Source of the DNA: a virus
Lineage: Duplodnaviria; Caudoviricetes
Direction: 5' to 3' (one strand)
Length of the DNA: 61,497 nt
Virus record (IMG/VR): IMGVR_UViG_3300008258_000001
Span: 1-61,497 of that record
Positions within the stretch are counted from its first letter, which is position 1, and each line of letters starts with the position of its first letter. Below are positions 54,717 to 61,497 of the stretch, one piece after another. The position numbers and the translations under genes were made by a program. The notes under the pieces were generated by a model. The model saw nothing but the letters and a program-made list of their open reading frames with translations, did no database searches and was not told where the DNA came from.

Positions 54717-54872
54717 TTAGTTAGTGGTTGGTGGAAACCACTGAATACACCACGGATGATCTGGGTCTACGTCGTAAAAAACGACAGCTAACTCCTCTTG
54801 TGGCTCAGGACGCGAAGCCTTGGCGTCAAGTGCATCTTGCTCCGTAGCGTATGCCCCAAGGTACTTATTCAT
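54717..54872 (-). CDS. Hypothetical protein (51 aa, MNKYLGAYATEQDA...); not in ORF track
   Basis: GAGG RBS; fills the gap between neighbours. Confidence 0.6.
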   Translation of the reverse strand: MNKYLGAYATEQDALDAKASRPEPQEELAVVFYDVDPDHPWCIQWFPPTTN

Positions 54873-54880
54873 ATTTAGCC

Positions 54881-55492
54881 TCAGTTATAACCGTAGGTGC
54901 CGCCACCTTGGTACTGGTTGATCTCGATCACTTCGTCAGTGATGATGTCCGGCACAAAGCGGACAAACGTGTCGCCTGTAGCAGATCCAGCAAGGCCGTT
55001 ATACATGTTCAAGACTGTACCTGCGCCCATCGTTCCGACGTTGACGACTCTTAGAGTGAACTTGATGCGCTCACCAACGTTCAAAGTGGTAGCAGTGACT
55101 GAGTAACTTAGACTCCTTGCCCCCTCGGACGTTCCATACTCAGCACCGATAGCAGTGGTGGTCAAAATATTGCTGAGAACCGTGCCCGAGTTGTCGCATC
55201 GGTCAATCGTGATAGCTGCACCAGCGTTTACCGTGCCAACACTCTCAGAACCGCGAATGTTGGGTGTTACTTGGCTCGCAGTAGCCGGTATCGTCACCTG
55301 TTGCGTAATCGGTTCAGTGAACCATTGAAGTGGCTGACCGCCAGCAGTTGCCGTGACCTGAATATCGGTGCCGCCAGCAGTTGCTGTCGTAAAGGCAGTG
55401 ACCGCACCACGACCGCGCATCTGACTGGCAAGACGGTCACCTGCGCCACCCACAGATGATGTAAGCGATCGCAGGAAAAAGTTGGTCGCCAT
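54881..55492 (-). CDS. Putative structural protein (203 aa)
   Basis: Thr/Gly-rich beta composition; coupled ORF. Confidence 0.65.
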   Translation of the reverse strand: MATNFFLRSLTSSVGGAGDRLASQMRGRGAVTAFTTATAGGTDIQVTATAGGQPLQWFTEPITQQVTIPATASQVTPNIRGSESVGTVNAGAAITIDRCDNSGTVLSNILTTTAIGAEYGTSEGARSLSYSVTATTLNVGERIKFTLRVVNVGTMGAGTVLNMYNGLAGSATGDTFVRFVPDIITDEVIEINQYQGGGTYGYN

Positions 55493-56163
55493 CAGATCTC
55501 ATAGCCCCAGACAGTGATCGTTACCGTCTGTGCTCCAGTCGTCGTTATACGCAAATACTCACCAACAGGACCACGGATCGGGGTCGGGAAGGACATAATC
55601 ACGCCGGGCTTGTTTGTTGCGCTCGGAACGAACTCGCCGTCAAAGATTGCTGGATCAGTGCCCCGTGTGTAGGTGTTATCGGCAGAGTCCCCAAACCACA
55701 AAATGCAAGTGCCAGAGTTTGTGCCACCAGACTGGATTTGAACCGATGTAATTACGAGTGACTTATCGACAGTAGAAGGTTGCCAAAGCGAAAACCCTGT
55801 AAGGGCTGTAGTGGCCTGATGTGTTTTCCATGTCGATACACTGCTGCGGATACGATCCCATGTCGTGCCGTTGAATCCGTATAGCCTTGCCTGCGTGTGC
55901 AACTGACTGATCGCATTGGTCTCTGCGTCAGCACCTGACGTATCGACGCTGACGGCATTGGTGCCGTCGCCGATCTGCACCTGACCCTGAACCCGGCTGA
56001 CATCGACCAGCATGCCGTTACTGGCATCCGCAGGCACCAGCACCCTGCTGCCATCAGCACTGACCGCCAGTTTGAAAAGCTGAATGTGCTCGCCAGTCGT
56101 CGTGACTTCGTCGGTGGCAATGTCGGTGCCAGTTCCGGCTGTGATTGGTACGTTATCTGCCAC
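55492..56163 (-). CDS. Putative structural protein (223 aa)
   Basis: MADNVPITAGTGTDIATD..., FNGTTWDR motif. Confidence 0.65.
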   Translation of the reverse strand: MADNVPITAGTGTDIATDEVTTTGEHIQLFKLAVSADGSRVLVPADASNGMLVDVSRVQGQVQIGDGTNAVSVDTSGADAETNAISQLHTQARLYGFNGTTWDRIRSSVSTWKTHQATTALTGFSLWQPSTVDKSLVITSVQIQSGGTNSGTCILWFGDSADNTYTRGTDPAIFDGEFVPSATNKPGVIMSFPTPIRGPVGEYLRITTTGAQTVTITVWGYEI

Positions 56164-56174
56164 GGTTCAGTCCC

Positions 56175-56579
56175 TTACAACTGGAAGATGCCGGACGCAT
56201 TCCACGTAATGCTGATGTCGCCACCGTTGGTAGTGACGGGGAGGCCCGTTACTGAAGTGTCGATGTACGCCACCAGCCGCGAGGTGCCGGCAGTGCCAGT
56301 ATCAATATAGATCACCAAAGCCTCGACCGAAGTGGTGCCGGGCACGGCGGTGAAAGTTACGTTGTCTCCATCGAACAAACCGTTCGCGACAGTTGTATTG
56401 CCGATGGTCTGGGCGGTACCGACCACGCCGGTCAGCGAAGTAAGAAATTCATGCGCCGCGCTGTAGGTGTATGTGCCGGTGTCAACCAGTGCGACTTTGA
56501 CCGTACCGTCATTAAGGTCGACGTTGGCGGAGGCGTCAAGCAGAGCTTGCTTGTACAGTGGGTAGATGGCGTTAGCCAT
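56175..56579 (-). CDS. Virion structural protein (134 aa)
   Basis: MANAIYP.YK...TVKVALVD...TNGGDISITWNASGIF; AAGGA RBS. Confidence 0.7.
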   Translation of the reverse strand: MANAIYPLYKQALLDASANVDLNDGTVKVALVDTGTYTYSAAHEFLTSLTGVVGTAQTIGNTTVANGLFDGDNVTFTAVPGTTSVEALVIYIDTGTAGTSRLVAYIDTSVTGLPVTTNGGDISITWNASGIFQL

Positions 56580-56588
56580 GGCGGTTCC

Positions 56589-56963
56589 TTACAGGGTTGG
56601 GGTAGCGGTGATCGAACGGATCGTACCGCTCTCGTTACGCTCGAACGTGAACTTCCAGCTCGTGGGCACAACCTTCGGAACTGGAGCAGGCTGCACGGTG
56701 ATTTGTGGAGCTTCTACCACGACCTGCGGCGGTGGCATCTCCGGGACTACGACGTTAGGAGCCTGCTGCTTAGCCAGTAGCTCGACGATCTTTTGCAGTA
56801 CCTCGTCCGTCGCAGGCGGACGGACGTCGACGACTTGGGCAGGGCGACGCGAGTCGCGGGTTCCTGATGCGTTAAAAGTCTCGCCGTTCGACAAGCGAAC
56901 AGAAGCACCCATGCGCAACGCAAGTGCTTTCAGAGCCTCGTCATTATCTGCCTTGGACGCCAT
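56589..56963 (-). CDS. Pro/Val-rich hypothetical protein (124 aa)
   Basis: APNVVVP...W.F.FERN..G.I motif. Confidence 0.65.
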   Translation of the reverse strand: MASKADNDEALKALALRMGASVRLSNGETFNASGTRDSRRPAQVVDVRPPATDEVLQKIVELLAKQQAPNVVVPEMPPPQVVVEAPQITVQPAPVPKVVPTSWKFTFERNESGTIRSITATPTL

Positions 56964-56972
56964 GGTGCTAGT

Positions 56973-59234
56973 TTACTTCCTACGAAGGCAGGCGACAAAA
57001 CTTTTGAACTTGTCGATGTCAGCGCGCATCGCTGTGATCTTCTCATCGACGTTATCCACCTCAAGCTCAACTTCCTGCTCGCCTACTTTGGCTTTTACCT
57101 TGGCTTTGCGGGGCTTTTTGGGCTTGGTTTCACCTTCTCCGGCAGTTTGCCCTTGACCGGGTACTTCTTCTCCCACCGGTTTGCCACCTCGGGCTCCTTT
57201 GCGTGGAGATACCGGCGCTGCGCTTGGCTCTTGAACGGCACGTTGAGGCTCCTTTTGTGCAGGTTCCGCTTTCTTGGCTTTCGGTTGCGTAACCGGCCTG
57301 CCCAATGAATCAAACAACTTGCGCTGGCCCGTCTGGTCAAGTTCGACCGCAGGCTCAGGCTGCGGGGCCGCATTGGGGATGACCCTGCCCATTTCTTGGT
57401 TGGTGAACAGGCGACGCTGACCGCCGGGGCTGAGTTTTTCCTGACGCTCTGGAATCTGACTTTCCATCGCGCGCAGGTCCGTCTCGTCCTGAATCATTGC
57501 CTCAATGGCGCGGGTTTCCTGCTCGTCGATAACTTGAGCTTGCGCGCGTGCGGCGTCGGCGGCAATACGTTCCTGTTCCGCCCGGGCTTGGTTACCTTCC
57601 CGCATTTGCTGTTCAGTCGCTCCCGACTGCGGGATCGCCCCAGTAACTGAACCCGGACGAGCTAGGTTTAGTCCGCGAGCCGCCATTGCGTTAGTCATGC
57701 GCGACTGGAAGTCCTGCGCCATCTGGCGAGAGACTACGCCGACCTCTTGAGTCAGACGAGACTTTCGTTTCTTGCCGTTCGCATCTTTGTAGCCTCCGCT
57801 GTATTTCTCTATCAACGCATCGACAGCATCAGGGCCTTGCTCTATCGCGCGAGAAAAGTCGGCGACGTACCGTAAGAACTCATCGTTCGCCTTGCCGCCG
57901 TTGGCATTGCGCAGCGCGGCGCGAATCTGCTGAAGTCCGTACTCAGTGCGAACTAACGCCGTCGGGTCTTGCTCGAACATATCGAGCGTCTGCGTGTCCG
58001 GCGTAGGAGCAAGAGGCGTTTCTGCCGTAGCTACTGGGCCCATGCCGTACGGCACATCAGGTCCGCCAAACAGATCCGGCTGCAACCCACTCAAGGCGCT
58101 CATGGGCCCAACGGTGCCGCCCGGCGTCACGTACATGACGTTCGGGTCGTAGTTCTGAGATCCAACAGGCGTCACCGGCGCAGGAAGCGAAGGTTGGAAC
58201 GGAGCCAGCGGATCAATACGAGTAGGCTCAATGTATGGCGGCACTGATCCCAGATTGGGAGGAGCGCCAGTGGCGAGCCCACGCTCACCCACAAGAGCCA
58301 ACGGATACTGTTGCGTCTCAACCCCCGGATTGGCACCGGGCAGCAGATTCACGGGCTGCGGGGGTCTACGCAAGCCGCCCAATGAACCAAACGTACCTTC
58401 GGCCAAGCCGCCGATCACGGCAGCGTTCAGGCGGCGGGAAGCAACTTCTTCCGGGGTCAGGTTGGGGTTGAACCCCATGACCAGTTCTTCTTGCGCCAGT
58501 TCACTCAGCGAGCCGGCTCCGGCGTTGACCGCCCCTGCCTTTGCCATCCGGGTGCCGAGGCCACCAGAAAAAGCACCTCGGGCTAGTGTGTTGCCCAGTA
58601 CCGCAGTGGGAAGGCCCTCAGCGAGCGCGTACAACGGAGAAGCAGCAAACGCTTTGTAAGGCGACGGATCACCGGCTTCCACCGACTCGCCGTACATATC
58701 GCCGACGCCCATGCCGGCACCGAGAACGGCACCTCCAGTTAGGTTCTGTGCGAAGCGTTCCCCCGCTTGGAGGGCCGCACGACGAGCCGCGAAGTCAGCC
58801 CCGGCGCGAAGGCCGCCGCCACCTACAACCGCCGGGAGCGAAGCAGCACCACGAGCCAAGCCCATGGGAACCATTCCAGCACCGCCGGTCAATGCACCAA
58901 TACCAAGTGCTGCACCGATCTGTGGAACCTGCTTGGCAATCTGGTACGCCGCAAACGGAAGCGCCGTGCTGAGATCTTGGTCCTCGACCATCTCAAGGTC
59001 AGGACGCCCACTGGCGTAGGCTTCGGCTTCGTTTCTCGCGGCTCTCTCAAGTAGCCAGTCGCGCCCTCTTTCCAGTTTAAGAGCATCTGCGCCGGCAGCC
59101 AACGCGTTGTACCCTAGACCTTGCAACTGGTCGATACCGGACGACAACCCGGCTACTACCGGATTGCGCTTGGGCTTTTGCGGGAATAAAGAATTGATGC
59201 CCGCGACGTCGATACCAGTTAGGTCAAGCGGCAT
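56973..59234 (-). CDS. Internal virion/ejection protein (753 aa)
   Basis: Gly/Ala-rich membrane-like N-half; AAGGAG RBS; in the ejection gene cluster. Confidence 0.7.
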   Translation of the reverse strand: MPLDLTGIDVAGINSLFPQKPKRNPVVAGLSSGIDQLQGLGYNALAAGADALKLERGRDWLLERAARNEAEAYASGRPDLEMVEDQDLSTALPFAAYQIAKQVPQIGAALGIGALTGGAGMVPMGLARGAASLPAVVGGGGLRAGADFAARRAALQAGERFAQNLTGGAVLGAGMGVGDMYGESVEAGDPSPYKAFAASPLYALAEGLPTAVLGNTLARGAFSGGLGTRMAKAGAVNAGAGSLSELAQEELVMGFNPNLTPEEVASRRLNAAVIGGLAEGTFGSLGGLRRPPQPVNLLPGANPGVETQQYPLALVGERGLATGAPPNLGSVPPYIEPTRIDPLAPFQPSLPAPVTPVGSQNYDPNVMYVTPGGTVGPMSALSGLQPDLFGGPDVPYGMGPVATAETPLAPTPDTQTLDMFEQDPTALVRTEYGLQQIRAALRNANGGKANDEFLRYVADFSRAIEQGPDAVDALIEKYSGGYKDANGKKRKSRLTQEVGVVSRQMAQDFQSRMTNAMAARGLNLARPGSVTGAIPQSGATEQQMREGNQARAEQERIAADAARAQAQVIDEQETRAIEAMIQDETDLRAMESQIPERQEKLSPGGQRRLFTNQEMGRVIPNAAPQPEPAVELDQTGQRKLFDSLGRPVTQPKAKKAEPAQKEPQRAVQEPSAAPVSPRKGARGGKPVGEEVPGQGQTAGEGETKPKKPRKAKVKAKVGEQEVELEVDNVDEKITAMRADIDKFKSFVACLRRK
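57095..57241 (-). CDS. Overprinted 48-aa basic protein MPFKSQAQRRYLHAKEPEVANRWEKKYP... nested in 56973..59234
   Basis: AAGGAG-N7-GTG start in an alternative frame; resembles small phage MPFKS..Q.R..A..PE.A.RW proteins. Confidence 0.7.
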   Translation of the reverse strand: MPFKSQAQRRYLHAKEPEVANRWEKKYPVKGKLPEKVKPSPKSPAKPR

Positions 59235-59244
59235 TCGTCACTCC

Positions 59245-60828
59245 TTACCGACCAAACAAACGCTCGGTGACCGATCTTGTGTCTGTACCAGTGGTTGATT
59301 CTCCACGTGCACGCTGGAGCCCTAAGCCAATCCTGTCTCCTACGGGCATGCCAGCTTCTTCAGCAGACAGGCTGCTTACTCTGGTATCACCTGTTTTCGG
59401 CGGTTTCGCGGTTGGATTGGTCGCCGTAGCTGCACCCGGCTGGGCGGCAGGTCTGTACTTGCGGGCCGCGCGCACTTCTTCCTGCGTGAACCCAAGTTGC
59501 TGTAGAACTTCTGGGGTAGCGCCTTGTTTGAGTAAGTTACTGGCCTCCGGCACTCGTTCCTCGGGGGTCAACCCAGAGATCTGCCGCTTGAGCATAACTA
59601 CGCTACGCTGTCTTTCGATATCTTTCAAAGCATCCTGCGTAGCTCCATAGTTATCGCCGGTCATCTTGGCGAGCAACTGCTGCGCTTGCGTGTCCAAAGC
59701 CGCTAACTGCGGATCTTGGTCAGCCGTGCCGGGGTATAGGCCCTTAACCTCGCCGGGTTTCATAACTTTGCCCAAGGAGGTCATTGCAATGGTGTACAGA
59801 TTAGAGAACTTCTGTTGGGCCGCCAGTCGTTCCTGTGGCGTTTTTGCGGCGTCCACTGCGGCAGCGGCAACGTTGAGTTCTTTGACCGCATCTGGAGATA
59901 GCTGACGACCGCCACTTCCGGGCAAGGGCCTTGGCCTGCCAAACGTGCCAAGTAAGTTGCCACTAGGTCCAAACTGAAGAATCGTACCGTCCCCGGACTG
60001 CTGGTACGTGGGTCGGCCTTGCATCCAATTGCGATAATCCTCATTTGCCTGAGCGTTACGCATCGCCGCTGCAGCGGTCGTCTGCTGCGCACCAAGCTGG
60101 CCCCGCTGAATGCCGCGAGTGGCGACTTGCGAATACATCTCCGGCGAGGCAGCAGAAAGTTCGGCGTCTGTGAGCGAATTGATGAACTCCAGTACGGACG
60201 CTTCGGTGTAGGGCATTTTGCCGGAGACATTCCCAGATGGATCGTGCATGTAGACCATCTGCCCTTTAGGCGTGCTGGCGAATGACACCGTATGGCCGGC
60301 GAATTTAGGACCCCCCCACAGATCTCCGTTGAACGACCTACCGTGCTTTTCCGCGTACCCGGCTAGTCCAAGCTCCTTTAGGTCTTTAAGGTGTTGGGCT
60401 CGATTTGAAAGAGCGGTGTCAACTCGCTCTATCTGTCCTCGTTCACGACCCTGCTTGAACAGAGAATACCCCCTGTCCTCCGCCCCTCCCGCCAAGTCCT
60501 CCCGACCGTACTGACGGTACAGACCGGCCAAAGCCTGCTGACGCATTTCTGGCGTGTACGAGTACGCCTCATCCATGAACTGGTTTTCATCACCAGTGTC
60601 CATGATGGCTTGAGGATCTTTGACTCGTCGTGTCTGCTGACTGCCGACTTGGGGTAGTGCCGCAATCCCTCGCCGAATAGCCTCGGCACGATTCCACTCG
60701 TCTCGGGTCTGGCCGCGCTGCTCTTTCAGAAAAGCCTGATCTTCCTCCCGGCGCTGCTCCTCAGTAGCAGTAAGATGGCCTCGCATGAGACCGCTGGCGA
60801 ACGAACCGATATTGGCAATGCCGGCCAT
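59245..60828 (-). CDS. Internal virion/ejection protein (527 aa)
   Basis: N-terminal GSFASGLMRG; Q/R/E-rich; in the ejection cluster. Confidence 0.7.
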   Translation of the reverse strand: MAGIANIGSFASGLMRGHLTATEEQRREEDQAFLKEQRGQTRDEWNRAEAIRRGIAALPQVGSQQTRRVKDPQAIMDTGDENQFMDEAYSYTPEMRQQALAGLYRQYGREDLAGGAEDRGYSLFKQGRERGQIERVDTALSNRAQHLKDLKELGLAGYAEKHGRSFNGDLWGGPKFAGHTVSFASTPKGQMVYMHDPSGNVSGKMPYTEASVLEFINSLTDAELSAASPEMYSQVATRGIQRGQLGAQQTTAAAAMRNAQANEDYRNWMQGRPTYQQSGDGTILQFGPSGNLLGTFGRPRPLPGSGGRQLSPDAVKELNVAAAAVDAAKTPQERLAAQQKFSNLYTIAMTSLGKVMKPGEVKGLYPGTADQDPQLAALDTQAQQLLAKMTGDNYGATQDALKDIERQRSVVMLKRQISGLTPEERVPEASNLLKQGATPEVLQQLGFTQEEVRAARKYRPAAQPGAATATNPTAKPPKTGDTRVSSLSAEEAGMPVGDRIGLGLQRARGESTTGTDTRSVTERLFGR

Positions 60829-60845
60829 GTCAGACCCCTAAACGA

Positions 60846-61079
60846 TTATTCCTCGACGCCGTTGAGCAGGTCGCTCAACTCGTCGTCTTTCTTGCTGCGG
60901 CGCTTCGGTTTGGCAGCGGCTTCTTCCATTGCTTGCATGAGCACTTGCCCGTGGTAGGTGAGCGTGTACCCATTATCCAAAAGGTCAGCGATGTACTCGC
61001 GCTTGCCATTGACGACGGCGATCAGCCGACCACCAACTTGTTCAGCGCCATGTTTGGTAATGAGATCTTGAGCGTTCAT
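60846..61079 (-). CDS. Hypothetical protein (77 aa)
   Basis: AAGGA RBS. Confidence 0.65.
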   Translation of the reverse strand: MNAQDLITKHGAEQVGGRLIAVVNGKREYIADLLDNGYTLTYHGQVLMQAMEEAAAKPKRRSKKDDELSDLLNGVEE

Positions 61080-61090
61080 CTAGTGAGTCC

Positions 61091-61497
61091 TTACGTGATG
61101 TTGCGTTGGCGTTCAAATGCAAGACCTTCTTGACGCATTTTTTCCAGTCGGTCAAGACCGTACTTCTTCACAGCGCCAACAGGCAGGACGTACTCGCCGG
61201 GGGAGAGGCGAGCCATTACCATGTCATCTTTGGGTCCGCCGGGGCCCGACACTTTACCGCCCTTAGAGTTCTGAGCCTTGCCCGCCACTTGCTTGCGGCC
61301 AATGCCGGGGCGAGACGCGGCGCGGGGGATCGGGCCACCGTCCTTACGCCCAAACAAGCCCGCAGCCAGCATGCCCAGACCAAGGATAGGAACAGCAGCG
61401 CCGAGCGCAGCAGAAGCGCCCGCAGCACCAGTGGCGAGACCAGCACCAGCGGCTTCAGCACCAGCGGCACCAAGAGCGGCTTCAGCACCAGCGGCAC
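61091..61497 (-). CDS. C-terminal part of the junction-spanning virion protein (continues from 1..961)
   Basis: Frame open to the window end; GPGGPKDD..MARLSPGEYVLP..AVKKYG motif. Confidence 0.8.
   Translation of the reverse strand, partial: AAGAEAALGAAGAEAAGAGLATGAAGASAALGAAVPILGLGMLAAGLFGRKDGGPIPRAASRPGIGRKQVAGKAQNSKGGKVSGPGGPKDDMVMARLSPGEYVLPVGAVKKYGLDRLEKMRQEGLAFERQRNIT
61451..61497. repeat. 20-bp direct repeat GGCTTCAGCACCAGCGGCAC in an Ala/Gly repeat coding tract
   Basis: Copies at 61451-61470 and 61478-61497; related sequence at the window start. Confidence 0.75.

Larger units (their letters stand above)
1..61497. mobile_element. Complete or near-complete tailed dsDNA bacteriophage genome (podovirus-like), circularly permuted
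   Basis: Packaging, capsid, tail, lysis and replication genes are all present. No flanking host genes. One ORF is in frame across the end/start junction. Confidence 0.95.

Noticed and set aside
1-61497. tRNA genes, integrase/attP, alternative genetic code
   Set aside because: No cloverleaf or recombinase motifs noticed by eye; genes are intact under the standard code with all three stops used.

Overview
The window looks like a complete, circularly permuted genome of a tailed dsDNA phage (podovirus-like gene set, roughly 60% GC by eye). One minus-strand ORF reads in frame across the window end/start junction. The host is probably a Proteobacterium, which is an inference. Minus strand 25409->1, continuing 61497->49374, is the late/virion arm: terS, terL, portal, scaffold, major capsid, adaptors, a 1271-aa repetitive tail fibre with a peptidase S74 chaperone, a fatty-acid desaturase, a holin/GH19 lysis cassette, a tail nozzle and large ejection-type proteins. 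Plus strand 25692->49285 is the early/replication arm: sigma70 promoters, a MoxR-like AAA + VWA/metallopeptidase + DUF3150-like module, an array of translationally coupled mini-genes, PolA (Leu762 type), a Cas4-like exonuclease, HNH, MazG-like, VRR-NUC, SNF2 helicase, SSB-like, an HTH protein and a primase/DUF927 helicase. I saw no integrase, tRNA, CRISPR array or reverse transcriptase. The most unusual signals are: (1) 7-8 copies of a 30-bp palindrome (12-N6-12, GNACAWYCTGAC-N6-GTCAGRWTGTNC) confined to the early arm, including copies inside CDSs; (2) an overprinted 48-aa MPFKS gene with its own RBS inside an ejection-protein gene; (3) a candidate ~55-nt promoter-driven sRNA that starts with an anti-Shine-Dalgarno UCUCCU; (4) a mini-gene array joined by a conserved AAGGAG...RTGA linker, with shuffled sub-modules; (5) G-quadruplex-type tracts and TGTAAA repeats at the early/late divergence. 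All family assignments come from motif recognition by eye, not database searches.
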